From contig NC_057719.1 of the NCBI RefSeq assembly GCF_004010195.1, positions 54,213,926 through 54,277,925 of the forward strand: a stretch of 64,000 nt of DNA. The letters are read 5' to 3'. The DNA comes from Chiloscyllium plagiosum (Eukaryota). Positions 24,571-36,762 of this stretch are shown here, piece after piece. How positions within the stretch are numbered: the first letter of the stretch is position 1; each line of letters opens with the position of its first letter. A program made the position numbers and the translations under genes. The notes under the pieces are model-generated. The model saw only the letters and a list, made by a program, of their open reading frames with translations, did no database searches and was not told the DNA's origin.

Positions 24571-25698
24571 TGTGGCTCTAAGGGTGTATTTGGTCCTGGT
24601 TTATTTTAAGAGAGATTGAATGAGAGAAGATGAGCAGTCTGTATTAACGTAAACAGCTTGTGAGGCCTTGGTTTTTTTTTTCAGTTAGAACAATAGATGC
24701 AGCCTGGATGGGTGTGGTCATTTTTTACAGACCAGGATTTATAGTGTTTTCTTTAGCATTGAGATTCAGCAGAAGCTACTAGAATCTTGAAGAATTAGAA
24801 GCCATTTTGGTTCCCGTTTCGGTAACAGCTAGAAGGTGAAGGTCCTCTTCATCCTGCAGGCATTGCATGTGAGAATATTTGATTTCTGAATTTACCTTTT
24901 TTTCCAAGAGGGGTGTTTATAAGATGTTACATTTAGGGAACAGTTAATCAGTAATAGCTGCTATTATTCTGTTAAGTTTTCCAAGAGAGTTAAGTTATTC
25001 CATTATTTTCTTTCTTTTGTTGTATTTTAAACATAGTCGTAGAGTCATAGAGATGTACAGCATAGAAACAGACCCTTCAGTCCAACTCATCCATGCTGAC
25101 CAGTTTTCCAAACTTAATCTAGTCCTGTTTGCCAGCACTTGTGCTTGGCCTATGGAGGCCTATATCCCTCTAAACCTCCCTATTCATATATCCATTCAGA
25201 TGTCTTTTAAAAGGTGTAATTGTACCAGCCTCCACCACCTCCTGTAGCAGCTCATTCCATACATGCATCACCCTCTCCTCTGCATGAAAAAGGTGCCCCT
25301 TAGATCTCTTTTAAATTTTTCCCCTCTCACCCAAAACCAATGCCCTCTAGTTCTTGTCTATTTACCATACCCCCCATAATGTTATAAGGTTGATATAAAC
25401 CCTATAAGGTCACCCCTAAAATGCTCCAGGGAAATTTGCCCCAACTATTCAGCCTCTCGCTATATCTCAAACCTTCCAGCCCTGGCAACATCTTTGTAAA
25501 TCTCTTCTGAACCCTTTCAGGTTTGTAAATCTTCTCTTTGTTTGAATAAATTGTGTTTTACTTAATGCTGAGTAATTTGACTAGTGGAATTACATCTGGA
25601 ATACAGCACTTTAGTTTTGCCTTTAAAATAAGAAAAAGTTAGGGTCTAGGTTACCTTAAAATATTTTGAGAGGGTCTGGTCTGGTCTGGTCTATAACA
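24571..25698. mobile_element. Solo LTR-like element interrupted by CR1
   Basis: TGT...ACA termini; its right end is similar to the reverse complement of the left end of 57590-58221. Confidence 0.55.
25032..25523 (-). mobile_element. CR1/HER1 LINE 3' fragment
   Basis: Reverse complement of the CR1 3' end at 15059-15481. Confidence 0.9.
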
Positions 25699-26752
25699 CT
25701 TGCTTTTTCTTTATAGAAGTTGCCTAATTCCTCCACACCATAGCTGTTTTTCCTGTTTCCCTCTGTTTCTCAAACAACTATTCTTTGATTGTGTGACTAT
25801 GGACAGAAAACTGTCCCTTGACTTCAACAGATCACACCCCCCAGTCTTTTTATTTCAATGATCTTTGTTCTATTGAGGAAGGATGATGTTCAGTGCTGAG
25901 ACTGTTGGGCTGGAAATATAAACGTCCAGCTAAATGAGCAAGAGGAACAACATTGAACTCAAAGAGCTCTTGAAGTAGAAAATATATGGGGTTGCGGATA
26001 AGGATGGAAGATGCCGGTGCTGGTAACAGGTTGGAAAAACAATTGAAAGAGGTTTTGCTGTAGCAGTTTTACTCAGCTATGACCAATGTTTCCTTCAGAG
26101 AACAGAGTGTTCTTACATAGGCCAAGCACAAGTTAGAATCTTAAGTTGGTGTGCATGTGAGGCTGTGCAAAATCGTGAAATTATGTATGCACTTAAATGA
26201 ATATACAACAATAAATAAATTGAATATGAATTTTGTTCAACACATTAACACCCTCTTTCCATCTTTCCCAATCAATCAATTGCACTGTGGACTAGATGAG
26301 ATACTGGAACTGGAAAAAAAAGAAGAATGTCATTTTAAGACACCAATGAAGGTCAGAGTAGTTGATTTCGCCATTGATTCTAGAGGTCGCAGCTACAACT
26401 AGAATGGAAGCACAACACGGAAAGGTTTTCACTCACCCTTGCCGTTTCATTCAATGTCCCACTGCAGGATCTGAGGTATTCCAATGAAGTTTGATTTCAT
26501 GGACATATGAGAAAGTGACTAGCCTCTCAGACCAGCAGGTGTGATTGGAATTGATAGGTGCAATAAAGAGCAGGGCATTCCCTCAGATGCCCAAGAGATT
26601 GAACAATCTCCAGCGCAATTCCTACACTTTGCCTTCCTGAGCATTTTCCGACACAGCACTCCTCAGGCCAACAAAGTATCTATATCCACTCACTCAAACC
26701 TCTGAGGTGCCTCTTCACATTCCCACATAAAAAGTACTCAGACACTCATCTT

Positions 26753-27440
26753 ATAAAGTCACAGAGTATTAGAAACGTGCAGCATGAAAACAGACCCTTT
26801 GCTCAAATTCGTCCATGCTGACGAGATATCCTATCTTAATCTTGTCCCATTTGCCAGAATTTGGCTCATACTGCTTGAAACCCTTCCTATTGTTACACCC
26901 ATCAGATGCCTTTTAAATGCTGTAATTGTACCAGCCTCTACTACCACCTCTGGCAGCTCATCCTATACATGCACCTTTGATTAGCCTTTCCAAATGCGGC
27001 ACCTCTATTTGTTTAAATTGGACCATTTTCGCATCTGGTCAAGGTACTCTGAGGTAACCTTTTTCATGTCCACAAAATGACGAATATTTACATCCAAATC
27101 ATTTATATAAATGACAAAAAGCAGTGCACCGAGCACCATTTCTTGCGGCACACCGCTGGTCACAAGTCTCCACTCCAAAAAGCAACCATCCAGCCTATGT
27201 CTCCTGCCTTCAAGCTGATTTTATATCCAAATATTTAGCTCTCCCTGTATTCCATGTGATTTAACTTTGGTAGCCAACCTATCACATGTAACCTTGTCTA
27301 ACAGCTTACTGAAGTCCATATAGATAATGTCCACCACTTTGCCTTCATCAATCTTATTTATCACTTTTTTCAAAAAGCTCATTCAAGTCAGTAAGACATG
27401 ATATCCTATGCACAAAGACATGTTGATTATCCCTAAGCAG
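26753..27440 (-). mobile_element. CR1/HER1 LINE, internally deleted
   Basis: 3' tail at 26753-26975 joined to RT segments (QHVF, MDFSKLLD and FVIYINDLD equivalents). Confidence 0.85.
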
Positions 27441-27441
27441 A

Positions 27442-28121
27442 TATAGAGTCATATAGATGTACAGCATGGAAACTGACCCTTCGGTCCAACCCATCCATGA
27501 CAACCACATATCCCAATCCAATCTAGTCCCACCTGCCAGCACCTAGTCCATAACCCTCCAAACCCTTCCTATTCATATATCCATCCAAATGCCTCTTAAA
27601 TGTTGCAATTGTACCAGCCTCTATCACATCCTCTGGCAACTCATTCCATACACATACCACCCGCTGAGTGAAAACGTTGCCTCTGAGGTCTCTTTTATAT
27701 CTTTCCCCTCTCACCCTAAACCTATGCCCTCTAATTCTGGACTCCCCCATCCCAGGAAAAAGGCTTTGTTTATTTATCCTATCCATGCCCCTCATAATTT
27801 TGTAAACCTCTTTCAGGTCACCCCTCAGTCTCCGACGCTCCAGAGAAAATAGCCCTAGCCTATTCACCCTCTTCCCTATAGCACAAATCCTCCAACCTTG
27901 GTAACATCCTTGTAAATCTTTTCTGAACCCTTTCAAGTTTCAAAACTTCTTTCCGATAGGAAGGAGACCAGAATTGCACACAATATTCCAACAGTGGCCT
28001 AACCAATGTCCTGTACAGCTGCAAAATGACCTCCCAACTCCTGTACTCAATACTTTGACCAATAAAAGAAAGCATACCAAATGCCTTCTTCACTATCCTA
28101 TCTACCTACGACTCCACTTTC
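27442..28121 (-). mobile_element. CR1/HER1 LINE 3' fragment
   Basis: ORFs 27523..27936 and 27860..28093 match the CR1 ORF2 C-terminus. Confidence 0.95.
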
Positions 28122-30479
28122 AGCCCAGGGAATCTTTCAAAAGTTATTTTATCAGATTCACAATGTCTATCTGTTATTTCCTTTCCACTATTGTTTACTA
28201 AAAGAAATAACAAAAGTAGAACTAATTAAACAAAGGTGCTAAAAAGGGTAAGGTATTTTAGCATGATAAGTGATAATGTTATCTTGGTGCTAATCTGACT
28301 GTTGTCAAAAGATGGTATTGGTGTTACTTACTATGTGTTTTAACAGAAATATGCCTTTACCTGATCTGCTTGATATCAGGTGCACGTATTTTTCTTTCAA
28401 CAGAAGTGAAAAGGAAGGAAATTCAATGTATTGATTTTCTAAGTATTATTGATGTTGTTAGCAGGGCCTCACATGTAGCAGAATATCAGAAAAATTATGC
28501 ACTTCCAATATTCATTTGCATTGCCTGTGACTCCAGAAGCCCCAGGGATCTCTGAAAACAAACCCCTACATTCACGGTGACACTCCCCCAAGCACAATAT
28601 TACACAACAGGAATAAAATAAAACCTTTGTTTGAAAAATATATGCAGGATAAAGATATGTTTGTGCTCATTCAAACCATAAGATAGAAAAGATATTTGAG
28701 TCCAAAGTAGTTGGCATTTCACAAATTTGCAGCACTCTAAACTATATTTTGTGTCATCAGCATGTTTCTCTTATCATTGTGTTAATGTTGCAAAAAGAGC
28801 AAACTAACACAATAGAAAATATTTTCAACTTAACATGATATCTGTAAAATCAGAGTGCACCTTCTGGTACTTGTCTGTGCTTACATCTGGCCTGTCAGGG
28901 TGTGCTGATCGATGAATGATTTCAAATCAAATTCTTCTAGTCCTGGAGCTACCCGCTGCTCATTAGTAGCCACATCTCACTTCAGCGGTGTCAATACTGA
29001 TGTCACGAAGCAAACAGTAGCACACCGTTTGTCTCACTTGCTCTAGTAGATCAGTTGGACAGAAAGAAGAAAGCTGTCATCAGGACAAGTTAATGACTAT
29101 GGAACAAAAAATGAACTATCATTACCTGCTAAGCATGTCGGACACGCAACAAAAAAAATAGTTTGGACTGACGTCTGTTCGCTTGCAGGATCCCGATGAG
29201 AAAACCATTATTTAGGAGCGTTTGAAGAACAAAATGTCACAGACAGCACTCCACATACTTTTTCTACAGATGCACATGAATAAAGATATAAATAAATAGC
29301 AGTGCATCATCCAACCTCAGTACTTACAACACTGTTCTGAGTGGAAAAGAGGGCCTTTCTATTAATTATTGGTCAATAGGGCTTCCTGTGAAAGAGCTAG
29401 TGTTAAATTTAGGTCAAGAATTCTAAAGGAAAATTGTATTCACTGTAGGTAAATAACCAAGGCACTTTACCTAATGGTTAAATAATGAAACATCACCAGG
29501 TGCAATCGGCTGATAGAATAAGCTCTCATGAAGCAACCAAGTGAAGCCTGAATGGGACGATTATTTTGACCACAATCCTGCATTTAGATGTCGGCATCAG
29601 TACATAGCAAAAATACTGCCACGGTTTGTCAGAATTCTTTGTGTTTAGCAAGCCAATATGGTTTATCCTAGATAAAATTCATTACTGTTGTTTCTTTTTC
29701 TCTTCTCCAACCAAACAGGTGTTTATTTCATCGTAATCCAATTTAAAAAAATTCAATTAGAATTTGGTTTCAAAGTGAATTGGATTTACAAAGCAACAAA
29801 GGAGCAGTTATCTATTTCTACTTCTGTATTAAAAAGCACATTTCTGTATTTACTGCACATGAGGATGCATCTTTTTTGTCGCCCCTACCCTAGCCTCAAC
29901 AGATAATAACAAATGTTGCTCTTCTATTTGTTGAAGTTGCTTTACCTTTGTTCTTTCAAAGTGAATATTAAGCAAAATATACAAATATTAAGTAAATATT
30001 AAGCATGAGGGTATGAAGAACCAAGTGAAGCAGAGATGACTGGTAAGACTGTAATGAATGCATGATTCTTTATTTCACTGTATAGCGTGTCCAAACCTAT
30101 TAGTTGTATATGATGCTTTTAGTTTTGTTATGGCATAGCGTGATCACTGATGCAGAATATTTTAAATAATTTCAGATGACAGGAAACTCTCTCAGGGCTA
30201 ACTTGGCTCTCCTTTAAAAATGGGCTCAAGAATCTCAGTGGCATCCTTAACTCTATTCAATGTAATGTAAGCAGGACAACAAGGTCAAGTTGCCATATCA
30301 TTTAAGCGATTAGTAAATAAAGCCAATGCTCGGGTCTAATTAGCAGGGGTCACTAAATTGTAACTTGCTGGTCCTATTTACAGATCGTTGATAACTCTTA
30401 AAGGACAAGAGCAAATGCTGGCCAAGTGGGAAGTGAATCTGATTTGGGAAACCATAAAGGCAGGAACAATGTGGAACAG

Positions 30480-30695
30480 AACATGTTCTAAGATATTCAA
30501 ACACAGCACTGCAGGCCTCAGTGGAGGAAGTGGAAAGGAGGAGAGATATTTTGTATCTGTACTAGGCACCTTCCAGGCAGACACTTGGAAGACAGTGGGA
30601 GCAGATAGCTGTGAAGGTCAATATCAGCAGTCAAGCCATAAGAACTTGGAGGTAATGTTTCAAGAAGTTCAATGACCTCAAACAAGTAGTCACAG
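30480..30695 (+). mobile_element. PIF/Harbinger Myb/SANT (NAIF1-like) DNA-binding ORF relic
   Basis: Translates ALQASVEEVERRRDILYLY*APSRQTLGRQWEQIAVKVN..IRTWR*CFKKFNDL, with in-frame stops. Confidence 0.7.
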
Positions 30696-30859
30696 TCAAT
30701 GAATCTTTTTCAAAATCCAAGTGCTACTAATGTACCACCAGCTTCAGCCAGTGCTCAATTTACCACAATAGCTCCATGCTGAAACAGAACACTTTGAACA
30801 GGGGTTGAAGCATTAATATTTCTACCTTTACCATGTGAATATCTAAAAGCACAATTCTT

Positions 30860-31189
30860 GAATGGGATGTGAGCAACTCTGGCAAGGACAACACTTGTTA
30901 TTCATCTGATTGTCTTAACTTACTGACAACCACATTGCCGCGGATCTGAAGTCATGAGTAGATCAAACCAGGTAAAATTGGCAGATTTCCTTCCCTGAAG
31001 ATCATTAGTGAACCAAATCTTTTTTAGAAACACAATCAACAGTGCTTACATAGTCACCTGTACACCAAAGTTTAATTGCAGAATTTCTTGAATTCAATGC
31101 CATGATGTGATTCAAACACATGTCCCTGAATATTAACCTGGGTTTCTGGATTACTAGACCAGTGATATTACCATTATACCACCAGCTCC
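30860..31189 (-). mobile_element. Old tRNA-derived SINE (same family as 58362-59030)
   Basis: Shares GGTTCA.TAATG...GGGAAGGAAATCTGCC..TTTACCTGG and the head with the copy at 58362. Confidence 0.7.
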
Positions 31190-33860
31190 TGTAAATATTA
31201 GTTGTTGCAGTACACAAATGATTTGTTGTATCATAATTCTTACAGCAGCATAGCTTTTATAATCAGCATATTGCACACGTGTATGCGTGGTGCACATCCT
31301 AATCATGCTGTTAGCAGACAGTGATGCTGCTCAGTGAACAACACTTTTTGGTTTGCTGTGGCGTAGCAAATGGAACTGGCACAGTAAGTTGTGGGAGAAT
31401 GAAGGCAATGTGCTGGCTGCCAGGATGTTGGGCAATCATCTGCATGATGTATCTCCTTTGGGGTCACACATCATGAAGGAATGGATCATTTTCGGTTCCA
31501 GTTCAAAGCAGAATTAACACGCAATTCCAATGAAGCAATGCATGCAGCGAGACAGAAAGAGAGAGAGAATGAAATATTCATATCTGTTTGAACAGAAAGT
31601 CTCTGGGACCTCCTTCATGCAGCAATGGAAGGCAAACTGTGAGTCAGGCAAATATTTTCAGCTTCGTGAGAAAAAAGCTGGACATATAAATGTTCCTTGT
31701 AATCACTGACAATACGCTTTTTGCTCAGCATGGATTTGCAATTGTGGCTTCAACAAGAGACAGGTTTCACTGAGTTCATCCTTCTGAAGCACAGACACAG
31801 CAGACACTGTTTCTCACTAAGGCACAAGAAACAGGATTGCTGGCTCTGCATGCACCCCTCTGAGTAGTTAGAGCTTTTGGCTGAGAGCCTCCCTCTCACT
31901 CCTTCCTCCTCCCCTTTTCGGCCCAACTCTACACTGACTTTGTAGAGTTTTTCCTACCAGGTTGTCTTCCAGAGGGAATATTTACAGATGGACCCAGCTC
32001 TGGGAGCAACAGGTTTATACAGAAGATTTGAAGTCAGCAAACAGTCCTTCAGCATGTGGTGCTTCACTTCCTGAGAGTTTTGTAATGTGAGACAATATAA
32101 AAATGAAAAGAAACACCAAACATATTACGAACTAAAGAAAAAGCAGAAATCAATCAGCAATAAATCTCTAAATACTTCACGATATCTTTAACAATGGTGA
32201 AGGGTCTGTTCTGCCAAATATGTGATAAGCTGTCCATGTTTTGTGTTAGCTCCAAAAGAGCTCCAAAATGGCAATGCAGGATTCAACAATGTTAGAGGAA
32301 GCAATCTCTGCATATGTCAGGTTGATGTTCAGTACACATGTGCGATCACCCTCATCAATAAGCTGTCTAGTGTGATTTACTACCCAAAATTGTACACATG
32401 TGCTGTGGACTCCACTTCACAGCTCTAAGGGAGTGCCCAAAAAGAAAGATATCCCCAAATCTAACTCGGCTAATGTAGCAGTCCTCCTCCATGTTGAACA
32501 CCACTTGGAGGAGGCACTGCGGGTGGCAAGGGCACAGATGTACACTCTGACTGACAGCATGCCCACAAGCAAGAGTAGCTCAGCAGTACCATCATTAACT
32601 GAGTTGGCTGAGCTCTAAAAACATAGCTGATAGCCTCTGTCTGCAGTTGATGCTGAAGGAACCAACAAGAGGGAAAAGACTGACTTGACTTTATTCTCAC
32701 GAATCTGTAGCTCCATCTGTCCATGATAGTACTGGTTGGAGTGAGCATTCATAGAGCTTGTGGATATGAAGTCCTATCTTCCTATTCTGGACACCCTCAA
32801 CTGTGTGATGAGTAACTCACCTTCTGACTCCCCAAAACATGTCCACCGTTTACAAAGCATAAGTCAGGAGTGTGATGGGAAAATCCTTACTTGCGTGGAT
32901 AACTCCAATTCCAGTGACATTCAAGAAGCTTGACACCATCCAAGGCAAAACATTCCATTTGATTGGCAGCATATCCATAAACATTCACTTCCTCCTCCAC
33001 CAATGCACACAAGCACCAGTGTGTACTCGTTACAAGATGCACTGCAGAAATTCATCAAAGCTCATTAGATAGCACTTTCCCATGATAGATCTCACTGGCG
33101 TGCTACCAGAAATCAATTATTCTTGGAGTTGTCACGAAGTTTAAGATTTTACAAAGGTGTACAAAATTTCCCAAATACATTCTAGCTACATGAAATCAAT
33201 TATGAACCATCATATTATACTTTTACTACTTAAAACAATGACTGTCTTATAAAACTCCCTCTAAATACACTTACAGACAGACCCAAAAAATATGGGTGTC
33301 ATGGGTGGAGGGAAAGACTGAGAAGGCAGTTCAAAGATCCCTGACCACATGGTTCACTGAGATGATCTTTTGGGTTTGTCAGGCCATGCTGCCTGTAGAT
33401 CTTACTTCTCCAGGTATTTTTCCTTATTTACAGGAGACACAGGATGACTGGCTCACATTTATAATGCCATTGAGGTATTAAAACCATAACAAACAGCAAC
33501 TGATAATAAAATAAACTGACTTTCTTCAGGTATTCTTGAAACTGCAGAGAGGACAGTTTCTTCCTTTCCAGTGGTCCAATGGCTTCTTCCCAATCATTCA
33601 CACCCAGAAGCTGTTCAGCCATTTGGGAGTTAATCACATATTTATTAGCAGGCCTAAGGGCTTTGACATTGTCAATGAGTCACCATCCCTCAGACCACTT
33701 AGATACTTGTTGTCAGCCAAATCACCATTCATACATATCTCTTTACTCAGTTTGTCTGCAACTAGACTTCCCTCACTGCTTGAACAAACTGCAGTGTCAG
33801 CAGCACTTACAAGAGTGGCAGGTAGCTTAATTTTAAAAAGTGCTGCTGTCCCTTCCAGAA

Positions 33861-34081
33861 TTGAAACTTTATTGCTGGAACAGCACAGCAGGTCAGGCAG
33901 CATCCAGGGAACAGGAGATTCGACGTTTCAGGCACAGGCCCTTCTTCAGGAATCTTCGGCCTGTGCCCGAAACGTCGAATCTCCTGTTCCCTGGATGCTG
34001 CCTGACCTGCTGTGCTGTTCCAGCAATAAAGTTTCAACTTTGATCTCCAGCATCTGCAGACCTCACTTTCTCCTCGAAGAT
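33861..34081 (+). mobile_element. Palindromic Penelope-derived element with hammerhead
   Basis: Near-perfect ~80 bp inverted arms plus tail; perfect 14-bp TSD TGTCCCTTCCAGAA (33847-33860 / 34082-34095). Confidence 0.9.
33916..33955 (-). ncRNA. Complete minimal type I hammerhead ribozyme
   Basis: AGAUUC-CUGAAGA-A-GGGC-CUGU-GCCU-GAAAC-GUC-GAAUCU: 6 bp stem I, 4 bp stem II, palindromic ACGU stem III, GUC cleavage triplet. Confidence 0.8.
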
Positions 34082-35190
34082 TGTCCCTTCCAGAACCCTT
34101 GTTTTTTTTTTTCACAAGAATCCTTTCCCCATTTTCCACAATCAGTGTAAGAAGATTTGGTCTTTGCAACAAAGCCACAACCACTATCGAGAAAAATAAG
34201 AGCAGCAGACACATGGAGACACCACCACAAGCACTTAACCTTCCAAGTCACTCCCCATCCTGACTTAGAAATATACTCCTTCAGTGGCACTGAGCATAAT
34301 CCTGAAACTCCCTCCATCACTGCATTATGGATCTACTTACGCTGCACGGACTGTAACAGCTCAAGAATGCAGATTGCCACCAACGTCTCAAGGGCAACTA
34401 GGGCAATAAAGGTTGGCAAAGCCAGTGAAGGGCATATGTCTGAATAAATATAAAACAAAACTCCAATTCTCAGCTACCAAGATTTTCCAGTTGAGTGAAC
34501 ATACAGATAATCAGCGAACACTCCATGAGCAGATACACCCTGTCATTATAGCTGTGGTTAGAAGTCTGTAAAATATATACATATAAAGGCTGTTACTCTT
34601 TCATCTACTTAAAATATAGATGCCAAGGCCTATGTTGAAATGCCCATGATGGATTCCTAACTTTATTTGATTTCATATGTTGGTTTACTCATTGTCGTCC
34701 ATACAGGTAAAGTATCACAATTGCTTACCTCATTTATCAAATTGGCAAGGTACCATGTTTTCAGGCCTCATGTAAAGAAATGACTACTGTACACAGAACA
34801 TTACCTCCAACTCAATTTATCTTTGATAACCTTACAAGTTGTGTGTCAAATTCATTTCTCAATGTATGGCTAATGGGAACTTTCAAGACAGGTATATATT
34901 ACCCTCAATATAACCCCAATACTTCTGGTGTTATTTTCTTTCCGATTAAAACTGTCAGCTTGGCAATAGAATGAAAATACATTTTAAAAATGCGACAAAT
35001 TGTTTTGAACTGGATAACGGCCATGGTCTGACAAAGCTATTTTTTGTGTCATTCATTCATGGGATACAGGCCTTATTGGCTGGAGCAGCTTTTATTGGCT
35101 AACCCAAGTTGCGCCTAAGAAATAAAATGGTGACTAAAGAAAAAGAGGGACTTAGTGTACAGCCTTTCACATCATATTTTACAAAAAAAC

Positions 35191-35417
35191 AAAAACAGAA
35201 ATTGCTGGAGGAACTCAGAAGGTCTGACAGCATCTGTGCAGAGAAAACAGAGTGAAAGTTTCAAGTCCAGTGATCTGACCAGAACTTTGAAGAAGACTCA
35301 TTGAACACAAAACATTAACTCTGTTTTCTATCCCCTGAAGTTGCTTGACCTGCTGAGTTTCTCCAGCAATTTCTGTTTTTTGTTTCAGATTTCCAGCATC
35401 TATCGTTCTTTGTTTTC
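35191..35417 (+). mobile_element. Older palindromic element of the same architecture
   Basis: Arms AAAACAGAAATTGCTGGAG / CTCCAGCAATTTCTGTTTT, tail GATTTCCAGCATCT, decayed core TTGAAGAAGACTCATTGAACACAAAACATT. Confidence 0.7.
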
Positions 35418-36762
35418 TACTACAAAAGCTATTGATCTACAGTTCCTTCAGCCTTACACCCATATACATAATTACCTGGATACAGACAAATTATATGACT
35501 TAAAACAGTGAGGGATTTGAGCCATACAAGTCTGCTTGATCCATAATATTCATCTATTGATTCCTTACCTGACTAGTTTCCACCCAGAAAAACCACTCTC
35601 AATCACATATCTATCTCCAGTTTCAGGCTATCCCAATTGTTATGATTCACACATCAGACTGAAATCTGGATTCATAGATCTTTTGATTTTGTGTAATGTA
35701 TTGTTTTTCATTGAATCATAAGAATGTAATATTGCATATTTGGTTTTAACAGTAAAACAGAACTGTATTACACAAGAGAATTCAAAATAAATGGAACAAA
35801 CCAAACTATTTATAAAGTATGCAATTTGAAAGATATCAAAACACATAGCAAAATAAGATCCTATTTATTCCTAATACAGTCACTTTATAATATTCAATAT
35901 CAAATAGAGAGAGAGAGAGATGCCTTTTCTATCATACCTTTACATTTTATTTAACTGTTGCTTTCAAGTTCCAGTCTTGAAAGTTTGAAAACCTCTTCTT
36001 TGATTATTCACACAACAGATCTTAAACTTCCTTCACTTCAGGTTTCTGCCCAAATATTTCTCATCTGGTATTTTTAAACTATAAGCCAGTTCTGAAATGT
36101 TCTCATCTTCTGTGTGACCCCCAAGCACGTCATTCTGAAAACTGCCACAAATTCTTTCCAATCTAAGGCATTTTCCTTTGCAAAAAAATCTTTCTTCTTC
36201 GAAACAAAAATAACCAAGCAAATAGCTTTTAACCCACACAATTCAAGAAAAACAAAAATCCCAACATCATTCTGGGGAGTAATGGATACAGTCCATGGTT
36301 CTGTGACACATACTAACTTAAAATCGTGGCTTCAAAAATATTGACTCACTAATTATAAAATCCCAAAATACATACAGATCAAAACTCATATGCTATTAGT
36401 TCAAAATTCAAACGAAACAATTATAGAAGAAACAATGATAGATGATAAAATCCATTCATGCCAAAGTTTTCCAAATGATTTGCTTTGTCAGAGGTACAAC
36501 AAATTTAAAGTAACTCTTACTTTCATTTCTCTAAGCAATATTTGGCCTTTTTCCATAGTGTGATACAAATAAGTAATTTTTGCATTGACAAATCCAATTC
36601 TGGTTAAATCTATAACCAAAGTGACTTTTACCAATCAAACAATTCAGTCTAGTGGTAGAATCATAGAATCATACAGTACAGGAAGGGCTCTTTGGCCCAT
36701 CATGTCTGGCCTATCATGTCTGGACTGCCAAAAATATTGGACTTTCCCACACTAAGACCATA

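Larger units (their letters stand above)
33083..34171. mobile_element. Solo LTR-like insertion inside the LINE
   Basis: TG...ACA termini; LINE homology stops at 33080 and resumes at 34172. Confidence 0.4.
32430..34455 (+). mobile_element. Decayed L2/CR1-group LINE split by an insertion at ~33081-34171
   Basis: LLHVEHHLEEALRVARAQ and KKLDTIQGK fragments; 3' tail GGGCAACTAGGG..AATAAA similar to the SINE tail at ~58970. Confidence 0.6.

Noticed and set aside
31950..32090. Possible host exon after TTCCTACCAG
   Set aside because: No recognisable protein similarity, stops in the frames I checked, and no convincing donor site.
33536..34214. Overlapping 135-204 aa ORFs with repeated MLPDLLCCSS / WNSTAGQAAS peptides (also at 4168, 20658, 46249, 54969, 57004)
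   Set aside because: These are translations of the palindromic repeat arms, not a protein family.
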